IMG/VR virus record: IMGVR_UViG_3300030085_002155
Source: an uncultured virus (IMG/VR IMGVR_UViG_3300030085_002155)
Taxonomy: Duplodnaviria; Heunggongvirae; Uroviricota; Caudoviricetes
Direction: 5' to 3' (one strand)
DNA length: 64,000 nt
The position numbers were made by a program, and so were the translations under genes. The notes beneath the pieces are model-generated. The model saw only the letters and a program-made list of their open reading frames with translations, ran no database searches and had not been told where the DNA came from. Below, piece after piece: positions 6,411 through 18,400 of the stretch; the first letter of the stretch is position 1, and the number at the start of each line of letters is the position of its first letter.

Positions 6411-7087
6411 TGAGTCAACTCGTCATTAATCTCCCCGCACAAAAAGTATGGGTTCGTAAAGAATATTTGAGAGATTTACAAGACGGATATGGTGAATATG
6501 TAGAAGGCGTCTGGGTATCGGCAAAGTCGATTCCTGGGCGCGCTTTTTATTTTGAGACATATTTACCAGAATATGGAGCAATGTTCGATAAATTGCCCAT
6601 TAGCGCGTTTCTCTCGCGTCCAGAGAAACCAGATCCGGACTTAGATCTTCCAAATTTACAGTTTTGGAACTGTATGGACTATGGAGTCCGCTGTATCGAG
6701 AAACAATTCATCGGATCTATGGATTTTGAGGTCCGAACACGTCACTTTGGCAACATGAAAGGGGAATATTTGTTCACTTTGGACAATTTTCACCCCGATG
6801 TAGACACTACAAACACCAATGTGAGCGAAGTTCCTGATGAACACAAGTCACATAACTGCATTGAACTCGAAAATGGTCAATTTGCGCTGTATCCAAACAA
6901 CAGAACACGCATTTATGACCTCTCAATCACCCCAGAGAACCCCAAAATACCCGATTTTAAGGTTTCTACCCAATATTTCCAAGTAGAAAACGGTGTTAGA
7001 TGGGGTAGATTGGGAAATACTGATGAATATTTTTGGGAAACAGAGTCAGAGAGTAAAGAAAACGGTATAAATAGAAAAAAAGTTTGA
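6410..7087 (+). CDS. Conserved cyanophage hypothetical protein
   Basis: 225-aa ORF (VWVRKEYL...FDKLPISAF...EHKSHN...YPNNR) found before gp25 in cyanomyoviruses. Confidence 0.8.
   Translation: MSQLVINLPAQKVWVRKEYLRDLQDGYGEYVEGVWVSAKSIPGRAFYFETYLPEYGAMFDKLPISAFLSRPEKPDPDLDLPNLQFWNCMDYGVRCIEKQFIGSMDFEVRTRHFGNMKGEYLFTLDNFHPDVDTTNTNVSEVPDEHKSHNCIELENGQFALYPNNRTRIYDLSITPENPKIPDFKVSTQYFQVENGVRWGRLGNTDEYFWETESESKENGINRKKV
7066..7073 (+). promoter_or_regulatory. T4-type late promoter
   Basis: TATAAATA just upstream of gp25. Confidence 0.75.
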
Positions 7088-7096
7088 TAAAAACTT

Positions 7097-7495
7097 GTGG
7101 CTACCAAAATTTCGCGCGCTTTTAAGGATATTTCCTTTGCTTTCACTAAACATCCCGTCACGGGAGACGTTAGTGTGATTACGAATGAGAGTGCGATCAA
7201 TAGAGCCGTAAGAAATCTCGTATTAACAGCGTTTGGAGAGCGCCCTTTTGACCCTACAATCGGTTCTGACGTTGCAGATATCCTTTTTGAGAACGTCAGT
7301 CCCTTCACTGCAGGTTTAGTCGCCTCAAAAATCAGGGAAACGATTGCATCTTTTGAACCTAGGGTAAGAGTTACCAAAGTAGAGGTAAATCCAGACGTTG
7401 ATAATAATGCATACGAGGTTACTATCATCTATGACATCCGTGGTCTAGCAAGATCAGGACAGGTATTAAATTTTGCTTTAGAATCTGCTAGCTAA
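7097..7495 (+). CDS. gp25: Baseplate wedge subunit gp25
   Basis: FKDISFAF..HPVTGD, GERPFDPTIGS, FEPRV motifs; synteny with gp6. Confidence 0.92.
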   Translation: MATKISRAFKDISFAFTKHPVTGDVSVITNESAINRAVRNLVLTAFGERPFDPTIGSDVADILFENVSPFTAGLVASKIRETIASFEPRVRVTKVEVNPDVDNNAYEVTIIYDIRGLARSGQVLNFALESAS

Positions 7496-9399
7496 TGTCT
7501 CTTACCAAATTTACAAGTCTGGACTTTACCCAGATAAAAACCGAGATTAAAGATTATCTCAGAGCAAACAGTAATTTTACTGATTTTGACTTTGAAGGAT
7601 CCAACTTGTCAATGTTAATTGACATTTTGGCATATAACAGTTATTTGACTTCTTACAATGCCAATATGGTGGCAAACGAAGTCTTTCTTGATAGTGCCAC
7701 TCTTAGAGATAACGTTGTTGGACTGGCTAGAAACATTGGATATGTCCCTAGATCACACCGAGCAGGAACTACAACAGTTAATTTTACCGTAGACTTCTCT
7801 AGTGCGTCTCAAATCCCCAGAACCTTGACTTTGAAGAAGGGATTAGTAGCTACTTCAGAAGGATTTGGTGGAACTAACTTCACATTCTCTACAATTAAGG
7901 ACGTTACGACGACTGTAGTCAATAAAGTTGCTGTTTTTGAGAATGTTGAAATTTATGAAGGCAGTTTACTCACAAAAAACTTCACTGTAGTTGGTGCTCA
8001 GAAGAATCAACGATTTATTTTAGATAATCCCTTCATTGACACCAGAACAATTAGTGTAGATGTTAAATCATACAGTGGTGCCAAGGCTGGAGACAGTTAT
8101 GAGATGTTGACTAATCTCATTGACCTTGATTCTAAGAGAAAAATGTTCATGGTCAATGAAATTGAAGATGAAAGATATGAATTAATTTTTGGTGATGGTA
8201 TTTTTGGAAGAAAACCAGTAGAAGGTGAATTTATTACTGCTAGTTACCTTTCTTGCAGTGGCGAAAACTCAAATAACACTAGTAGACTGACTTTTTCCGG
8301 TAGAGTCATTGATCCCAATACCGGTGGACCTACGAATGGTGTTATATCCCCACTTTCAGTGAATGATGTTGTTACTGGTTCTGAAGAAATTGAATCAGTA
8401 TCGTCTATTCGTAAATATGCTCCAAAAGTATTCTCTACTCAATATCGTGCAGTCACTGCAGCTGATTTTGAGTCTTTGATTCCGACAATTTATCCAGATG
8501 CGGAGTCTGTTAGTGTATTTGGTGGTGAAGAACTGGATCCTCCTCAATATGGAAAGGTTTTCATTAGTGTAAAACCAGAATTTGGTAGATATTTGTCTAG
8601 ACAGATAAAAGAGAACATTCTTTCAAAATTAAAGAAGTATTCTGTAGCTGGTATCGTACCCCAAATCATTGATTTGAAATATTTGTTTATTGAAATAGAA
8701 ACATCCGTTTATTTTGACCCAAGTCAAACTAATAATTCGGGCGATCTAAGAGATAGAGTTATTGGAACACTTAATACCTATGCTGAGTCTGATGATTTGA
8801 ACAAATTTGGATCTAGGTTCAAATACAGTAAAGTTGGTACGTTAATTGACTCTGTAGATCGTGCGATTACATCAAACATCACTAAAGTGGTGATGAGAAG
8901 AGATATGGCAGCGGTAATCAATGCATTTACTGATTATGAAATTTGTTATGGTAACCAATTCCATGTAAAAGAGTCTGGATTCAATATCAAGTCTTCTGGA
9001 TTTGCTGTGGCAGGTCTTCCGGGTGTTTTATACATGGGCGATGTGCCAAATGCGGATAAAAAGACAGGAACTTTGATCTTCTTTAGAAAATTGTCCGAAA
9101 CTCAATACCAAATCGTCAAAAACAACGCTGGCACAGTGGATTATGTCAAAGGCGAGGTTGTGGTTTATCCTATAAATATTTCGTCAACCTCTATAGTAAG
9201 AGGGGAAAACAGTATCATTGAAATCCAAGCGATTCCAGAATCTTTTGATATTATTGGACTTCAGGATCTGTATTTACAATTATCCATAGATCAAAGCACA
9301 TTTACTATGGTCAATGACACTATTAGTTCTGGTGCTGATATCTCTGGTTCAAATTATGCATCAACATCTTCGTTCGCAAACGGCAGCTTAACAAGGTAA
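7495..9399 (+). CDS. gp6: Baseplate wedge subunit gp6
   Basis: LDFxQIK...FTDFDFEGSNLSxLIDILAYN, FGDGIFG, RAVTAADF, PPQYGKVFIS. Confidence 0.95.
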   Translation: MSLTKFTSLDFTQIKTEIKDYLRANSNFTDFDFEGSNLSMLIDILAYNSYLTSYNANMVANEVFLDSATLRDNVVGLARNIGYVPRSHRAGTTTVNFTVDFSSASQIPRTLTLKKGLVATSEGFGGTNFTFSTIKDVTTTVVNKVAVFENVEIYEGSLLTKNFTVVGAQKNQRFILDNPFIDTRTISVDVKSYSGAKAGDSYEMLTNLIDLDSKRKMFMVNEIEDERYELIFGDGIFGRKPVEGEFITASYLSCSGENSNNTSRLTFSGRVIDPNTGGPTNGVISPLSVNDVVTGSEEIESVSSIRKYAPKVFSTQYRAVTAADFESLIPTIYPDAESVSVFGGEELDPPQYGKVFISVKPEFGRYLSRQIKENILSKLKKYSVAGIVPQIIDLKYLFIEIETSVYFDPSQTNNSGDLRDRVIGTLNTYAESDDLNKFGSRFKYSKVGTLIDSVDRAITSNITKVVMRRDMAAVINAFTDYEICYGNQFHVKESGFNIKSSGFAVAGLPGVLYMGDVPNADKKTGTLIFFRKLSETQYQIVKNNAGTVDYVKGEVVVYPINISSTSIVRGENSIIEIQAIPESFDIIGLQDLYLQLSIDQSTFTMVNDTISSGADISGSNYASTSSFANGSLTR

Positions 9400-9400
9400 T

Positions 9401-12400
9401 ATGATTGAGACTAGAGCACAAATTAATTCGATTGTATCTGAACAATTACCCGAGTTCGTACAATCCGAGTCCCCCTTGCTAGGGGAGTTTTTAAAGCAAT
9501 ATTATCTCAGTCAAGAACATATTGGTGGGCCCATCAATATTCTAGAGAACGTTGATCAATATTCAAGAGTTGGAACATATAACACAGAATCTCTGATTGG
9601 ATTTACCAGCACTAGTAGTGCTGTTGGATTTGTAACGGATGTCATTAACGTAGTATCCACGGATGGATTTCCATCCAAATATGGCATCATCAAAATCGAT
9701 GATGAAATTATTACATATACTTCATCATCTCAAACTAGTTTTATTGGATGTAAGCGTGGATTCAGTGGTATCACCAGTTACTACGATAAAGACAAAACAG
9801 ACTCGATAATTTTTGAAAAGAACCCCATTGAAGATCATGATCAATGGGCACCGGTACAGAATATTACATATTCGTTCCTCAATGAATTATTCTCCAAATT
9901 AAAGTATTCGTATATTCCTGGATTTGCAAATAGAACTTTTAACGAAAAGACAAACGTATCAAACTTTATTTCCAGATCCACTGATTTTTATCGCAGTAAG
10001 GGAACGGATAATGCACATGAGATCTTATTCCGAGCATTATTCGGACAAGATATTACGGTTATCAGTCCTCAGGATTATCTGTTAAGACCATCTGCAGCAG
10101 ATTACTCCATTGTCAAACAATTGGTTGTCGAACCAATTGACGGCGATCCAATGGATATGGATGGTAAGACCATTTATCAGGGAGATTCTTTTGGTACGGT
10201 AACTCAAGTAGAGCCTATCGTAATCAAAGGTTTGCAGTACTACAGAATTTCCTTGGATGCAGACTACGATAGAGATATCGATGTTGCCGGAACTTTATTT
10301 GGAGACTTTCAAAATAATCCAAAAACAAAAGTAACTTCACCAGTATCCATTGGTGCCTCTGTTATTGATGTTGATTCTACGGTTGGATATGGATCTACAG
10401 GAACCCTCAGAGTCCCTGTGTCTGCGGATAATGAACTCAGTATACGTTATCACTCCAAAAACACCACACAGTTCCTAGGCATCCAGACTGGACTTACGGC
10501 CGCTTTAGGTATTGGTCAGTCTGTATTTGATGATGGATTTGCCTATGCATATGACTCTAATGGCGAAGAAATTAATGTTAGAGTATCCAATGTTTTAAAA
10601 GAACTTGACTCAAGCCGGGTAGGAAAATCATATCAATCTGGCGATAATGTATATGCATCAAAACTGGGTACACATATTGATCTCAAACCTGCCCAGACCA
10701 TCGTTCATAACAGTCTGAGTCGTTCTAGAGTCTCTGAAGTAATCTCTAAGGGTAATCGCATTTACGAGGTTATCTTTAAGGAGCCACACGTCATTCAGAA
10801 GGGTGATGAAGTCACCATGATTGATGATGCTAATAATACTTATGGGCTTACTGTAACTGACGTTCTGAGTGATCTAAAAATATCACTTTCAGGCAATATT
10901 GACAAAATTACTGGTAGAACTTTTGAGTGTAGACGAGAAATATTGAAAACTTCGTCAGACAAGTATGGATATCTCAATAAGTATCAAGGAAACGTCCTCA
11001 ATACTTATGCCGACGATCATGGTAATGTTTTCTATGTTTCCAATTCACTGCCAGCTTTCTATCAAAGAAAAATATCCCTGTCAGATAGAATCATAACTTT
11101 CTCAGGAACTTTTAGTGGAGAGACTCTCCAAATTGTTCCTTTGAATTCTGAACATGGATTCCAAACGGGAGACGCTGTTGTTTATAATGGAACATCTACT
11201 ACGACCACTACGACAGACTTTGAAGGTAATGTTATCTCTGTAGATACAACAACAGAGACCCTTGATGGATTAACCAATGGTATTGTGTATTATGTTTATC
11301 GAGTAGATAACAATTCAATCAAATTGTCTGTTGATAGAGATCAGTTATTTAATTCAAATTATGTAAGTGTTTCCGGAACTGCTACGAATCACAAGTTTTC
11401 TCCAGAACTTCTTTCCGGTAAAATCATTGATGCCAACACTATTGTTAGAAAAATTCCTCCGGTCCAAACCAGTTCCACAAAAACTAAAACTGAACCAGGA
11501 AAGGTTGGAATTTTAATTAATGGCACAGAAATATTAAACTATAAATCCGGCGAATTCGTTTATTTTGGACCATTAAAGAGAGTTAATGCTCTCTCTTCTG
11601 GGCAAGGATATGACCTGATCAATCCACCAGAAATTAAAATTACCGATTCTGTTGGAACCGGAGCAAGTGTTTCTCCTCATATTGTAGGTAAATTTGACAG
11701 AATTGATGTTATCGACAAGGGATTTGATTATATCGGTGACATCAATGTAAGTATCAGTGGTGGTAATGGTGTTAATGCTTCTGCTCGAGCAAATACACAG
11801 ACTGTAGTTCATTCCGAAGTTTTTAGACCAAGTATAGAAGTAAGTAATAATTCTATTGGATTTGCGACCTACCACAAATTTAGAGATGGTGAACCTGTAA
11901 TATATGAAAGATTTGGGGAACAGGATAGTATCAGTTCCTCGATGGTAAATCTTGAAAAGTATTTCGTTTCGGTTATCGATCTCAATACAGTCAAGATTCA
12001 CAAAACCAGAGAAGAAGCTCTGTCAAAAACAGGTGCTCTTACTTTGTCCGCAGTTGGTGTCGGATCTACTAGCATCGAATTACCGGTACAAAAACTAACG
12101 GCTGTAGATAAAAAGAAAGTTATTTCTTCTATTGAACTTTTAAATCCTGGTGAAAATTATGCATATAACTTGAGAACAGTTGTTTCCACGGGCATTAACA
12201 CTGCGTCCAATTCTATTAACATCGAAAGCCATGGATATAGTAATGGAGAAGTTGTAACATATTCAACCAGTGGAACAGCTATTACAGGACTTTCTACATC
12301 TCAACATTATCAAGTAATAAAAATAGATGATGATAATTTCAGATTAGCTGCTGCGGGCATAGGAACCACCGCCAACAGTGTAAATTACGATGCAAATAAT

Positions 12401-15400
12401 TATGTCAACTTTGTTTCAACCGGAACTGGACTGCATAGTTTCAACTATCCCCCAATTTCAGTAACTATTGAGGGATCTATTGGTATAGCGACAACTAGTT
12501 CAGACAGCACATTCAAAGCATCAATACAACCAATTGTAAGGGGATCTATTGTTGATGTTCATTTGAAGGATGGTGGATCTTCTTACGGATCTGAACAAGT
12601 TATCAACCATGATAGACAACCACAGATATTAGTACAACAGGGTAGTGGAGCGCAACTCCAAGTTATTCTTGTCGATGGATCGGTTAAAGAAATTATTGTT
12701 GAAAAGGGTGGTCAAGGATATCACCCAACACCCGACGTTAATATAGAAGCCACTTCTGGAGTAGGGTGCAAACTAACACCTACGATTGTTAATGGAATTG
12801 TTCAGTCCGTATCCGTTATTGATGGTGGATCGAATTATAGTGGTGATATTGTCGTCACTTTGGAACCATCTGGAAAATATGCTTCTTTTAGTGCTGACAT
12901 TACATCTTGGCAAATAAACTCTTTTGAAAAATATAAACTTGGTCTTACCGATGATGATGGAGTGGTTTTTGGAGAAAGAGATAAACTTTCTATCAACGCT
13001 TTTACAGCTCAAAGAGATTTGAGAAAAAATGTATATTCCTTATCCCCAAGCGGAGAACCAAACTATGGTAATCCGGATCTAGTTTTCAATAATAACCAAG
13101 AACAACCATCTGGTAGTCACTCTCCTATTTTGGGATGGGCATATGATGGAAATCCCATTTATGGCCCCAACGGTACTTCCGGCAGAGACTCTGGAACGAT
13201 AACACTTCTTAGATCTGGTTACACTAGAGAAGCAAAAGCAAATAGACCATCTCTTAATTACTTCCCATTAGGTATGTTGGTGGAAGACCATACTTTCACT
13301 GGAACAGGAGACCTAGATGAACATAATGGTAGATTCTGCAGAACTCCAGAATTTCCTAATGGGGTTTATGCCTACTTTATGACAGTTGACTCTTTGAGAG
13401 TTGCATCGCAAGGAGCATATGCTGGATATAGAGAACCAGTATTCCCATATGTAATTGGAGATACTTATAAGTCCATTCCAGATTCATTTAATTTCCATCC
13501 AGACTCCACAACGGACATTTATGATTTGACTCCATTGAGAAGAGACACAACTTTTAGTAAATTAAATTCTGACGAAAATTTATACGAATCTCTTTTCAAT
13601 CCAATCAGTAATGTAGAAACTAGAAAGAAGGGAATTATTAAATCCACTGGAAGAGGATCTATTGATGCTGTTGGAATCGTAACCGGAGGACAGGATTACA
13701 AGATTGGTGATTTCATTAAATTAAACGAGGAAGGAACTGGTGGTATCGGAGCCAAGATTGAAGTTTCTGAAATTGTAGGTAAAAACATTTTATCCATCGC
13801 CTCTTCGGAAAGATCTTTCAGTGGTGTTGAAATTGAACTTTCTTCTAGACTTGGTTTTGCTAGAGGTCGCACTAGTGAACCTCATGAGTTTGCCGATTTT
13901 GATCCTATTGTTATTAGTGGACTGTCAACTGATTTCTTTGGAGATGTTGATAAAATTCCACATCCAGTTAGAGTTAACACCGCGACATGGAATCTCCGTT
14001 CTGGAATTGGCACAACTGGAGCAACAGGTATATCAACCTTCCTTTATTTGGATGGACCTCTTGACAGAGGGACTATCGTGGAAAATGATATTCTTCGACT
14101 TGGTTGGGTTGACACATTTGAGGACGTTAAGGTCTTAAACGTTGATGAACAGGCTGGTAGAGTAAGAGTTTTAAGAGAGCAAAATAACACAACCGGACTT
14201 GCAGTAACAAGCGGTGATTTGGTTGTAGAAAGAACAAGAAAATTTGATTTTTCAGTTGGCGTCTTTACTGATACTTCATACGTTGCAAATAGAATTACAT
14301 ATTTTGAACCCTTTAGATCAGTAGGTTTAGGAACAACGGCAGGTGTTGGAATTGGATCAACAATTGTTGTCATTGGAGCTGGTACAACTTACATTAATAA
14401 GTTTATTCCATCCCAATCCATCTATTTAAAGGATCATGGATATACAACGGGACAAAAATTAATCTACTCCAACGGAGGAGGAACGTCTCTTGGAGTTTCG
14501 ACTAACGGAATTGCCAATTATACACTTACCGATTCTAGTCCGGTATATGTAATTGTTGAAGATAGAGATTTAATTGGATTATCAACTTCCAAAGTTGGTG
14601 TTGGTTCCACTGGATATGTTGGTGTTGGATCTGAGGCTTTCAAATTGTATTATCATACAATTGGATCTGGAATACAACACAGTCTCAAAACACAACATAC
14701 AAATGTTGTTACCGGAACAGTTTCTAAAATTGAAGCAGAAGTCTTTACCGAAGTCAATAACCAACTCAGAGTTGGTGACACGGTGAATATGGATATTCTG
14801 CCTGGTATCACCAGCACAGTTACTGTCAAATATAATGACTACCATAGAAAGGTTGTAATAAATCCAAAGGGAATTGCAAACACTGGTGTTAATACTTCAA
14901 CCAATACATTTACCGTTTCTTCTCATGGATTTAAGACTGGGGACAAAGTTGTATTCGCAGCAACCTCAGCTTCTGCAGTTTCTAAAATTCCTGTTGGTTT
15001 AGTTGATAACTCAATTTACTATGTTGTTAAGATTGACCAAAATACATTCAAGTTATCTGAGAACAGATCCGCTTCTTTTGAAACTCCCCCAAGAACAGTT
15101 GCTATAACTTCTACGGGAACAAATGCTGCGGCAGATCAACATATATCTTTGGTCAATCCTCCACTGAAATTTACAAAAGGAACAAGAGTCAAATTTGACG
15201 TTTCCGACCCTTCGTTGTCGGTTGTTTCTGCTGGACAGACTATATCAGCTTTTGATTTGAATTTCTATTCGGATTCCAAATATCAAGATGAGTTTTATTC
15301 TGATCAAACTTCCCAGGTTTTCAATGTCACTACTGTTGGCACCGTTGGCGTCGATGATAATGCCAGTATTACTTTAGATACTAAAGGTGATGTTCCAAAC

Positions 15401-18400
15401 AATCTTTATTATAACTTACAACTAAAAAACAAATCATCACTTACTGCTGTAAAACTTGAAATCGTGACCGACGATGAAGTCGATGGAAATAATTCTATTA
15501 ATATTGTTCCAAGTAGATTTAATGGCAAAAAGATTGTAACCGGTATTGGATCCACTTCATTTAAGATCGGTATTCGAGAAATTCCAGAACAATCTGGATA
15601 CAATTCCGCAGAGGCAGAATTTAACTATAAGACTACTTCTGCTAGTGCTGAAGGTGGTATTTCTTCTTTCCGTATTAAAAATGGTGGATTGAATTACATT
15701 TCTTTACCAGAAATTGTAACTATTAATTCAACCAAAGGAATTAATGCCAACGTAAATATCGACAGTCAAACCATCGGTAAAACTGTTCAAGTCACTGTTA
15801 ATGATGTAGGCATTGATATGCCATCAGATAACACTCTACGACCCTCTGTAAGACTTCCGCAGGTATTGGGACTGTCTAGACTGTCTGTCTTTGATTCCGT
15901 TGGTGTCAGTAGTGGTGGACAGTATTATAACACCGCACCAGACTTGATTGTCGTGGATTCTATTACCGGAGAACTTATAGAAGGTGTGGAATTGACAGCT
16001 GTCATGGATGGTAGAAGTGTTAGTGATGTAATCATCGGCAAAAACCCAGATGTTCTTTATGACCTACCACCAACCGTTTTAGCAATTAATAATCCAAATG
16101 CCATTGGTATTCAAACCATCTCTTGGAATTCTGACAGAGAACTGGTCACAGTTCAATTGGATGTTGGATTTAGCACTGCCGGATCTTTCCCGTTTGCAGT
16201 TGGAGACAAAGTTCTGATTGAAAATGTTGGCGTTCAAACTGGAGAAAGAGGATTCAACTCCAAAGATTATAATTATACCAGATTTGAATTAATTGAAGTT
16301 GATCCTAATATTGGTGGAATTGGAACTGTTGCTTTCAAACTCCGTAACAATCCCGGTACATATCGTCCTACAATATCTGCAGGAACTATTGCTCCGCAGA
16401 TTTATACGGCACAATTTACTCCCAACTTAGTTAAGAAAGATTTTGAGATTGGAGAAAGAATTATTCAAGTTACTTCAAACGTTAATAAGAAAACCGGAAG
16501 AGTTCTTTCTTGGGATAGTAAAGCAAAACTCTTGAGAATAGATTCTCCAGATGTCTTTAAAGAAAATGATAGAATTAGAGCGGAGGCATCAAAGACAACT
16601 GCAGCCGTAGAAAAATCTATCATCAGTGAAGCAGTTTTTAATCTTGGTGGACTTTCCCAAGAGATTAGAGGATGGCAAGATAATGTTGGATATCTTAGCA
16701 ATGATCTGAATAGACTTCACGATAGTGACTACTATCAGTATTTCTCATATTCAATTAAGTCGGGTGTTGATATCTCAACCTGGTCTGATGCAGTTTCTAC
16801 TCTAAACCATACAGTCGGATATAAGAAATTTGGAAACCTTGAAGTTGTTTCCGTACCAGAAGTACCAGTGACTGGTATTGCTAGAACATCTCTTACAGAA
16901 ACGACTGCAGAAATTATTAGTAGTTATGGAATAAATTGTGTGCCTGACTACGATTTTGGATTTGAAAACTTCATTGATCTCAAACCCCCAGTGTCTAATG
17001 AAATTAGATTTGAAAGAACTATTTTCTCAGACTACTTAGAATCTAGAGGCAACAGAGTTCTGACCATTGATGATATTTCTGGTGATTTTAATGATCTCCC
17101 AAGTCCAACCAATTTCGCTGTTTCTGACGAAGCTGATCAGTTTACGTTAGCAAACTTTAGAGGAATCAAGTATTTTGTCTTCATGGAAGATACTAGATTC
17201 TCTGGCGAAAAAGAGTTTACTATTGTAAACCTTCTTCATGATAACTCAACTGGATATATTCTTCAATATGGATCAATTCATACTGTACTGCCGTTAACAT
17301 CAAAATTTGATTTCTCTATATTTGGTAGTGTCGGTCAATTATTGATGTTCCCAATCAGAGAGGAATTTAATAACTATGCTATTGATCAATTCTCTATTGC
17401 TCTTGGCGATTCGGTCACCACAGGATCTAATGTTGATCTAGGAAATTGTGTTACGGTTGGAACAGCGTCTACAACTGTCGCTGCCTCCTCAAGTCCATCT
17501 GCAATTACTGCAGTTGGAGTCAATTCCTCCAATTATGGATGTAAGACTCTTGCCTTGGTCAATGCTGATAACGGAGAACATATCTTTACCGAACTTTTAC
17601 ATGTTCATGATGGAACTGATATTAATCTTGTAGAATTCGGTAGTGTCGCTAGTAATTCATTAGTTCCTTATAATGCAACCGGAATTGGAACTTTTGGTGC
17701 TGAATGGAACGGATCAAACTTTGATATTAAATTCACTCCCGCAGCAAATGTTGGTGTAACTGTTAACACATTCAACACATGTTTTAGTAAAACAAATGTT
17801 GGTACTGGTGTTACCAGTGTGTCTACTGCAAAAATGACCACTACAACCACTGGTATTGGATCTACCTCAAGTCCCACACCGGTTGAAATTGCCAGATATA
17901 GCACCGGCACTTTCGATGCTGGTTATTACATTATTGGTATTCAAGATATTCATGACTCTTCTAGAGTTGAAATAATGGAAGCAGCCGCTACCCATCAGTT
18001 ATCTGGAGCGGATCCGATTCAATCATTTGTAGCACAACTGCCAACAGTCTTTAGTGGTAGCACCGGTTTAGGAACGGTTGGTGCCACATTCTCTGGTGCT
18101 GATCTTGTTCTCACTCTTACCCCTAATGCTGGTATTGCAGTTACTGTTACTACGTTACAACATGCTATTGAACACCCAGTAGCAGGTGCAACAACATCGT
18201 TTATCGATTTTAACAATGCAAAGATCAGATCATTCGATAGTGTATATCAAGGAACCAAGACCTTCATCAAGAGAAACTTCCCAATTAGACATGGTGGAGA
18301 TCCTGTATTCAAGAAGGACTTTGGTGGAAACGACTCTACTGTTGTTGATGTAACTAACAACTTGGTTGAGATTCCAAATCACTTCTTTGTTACCGGTGAG

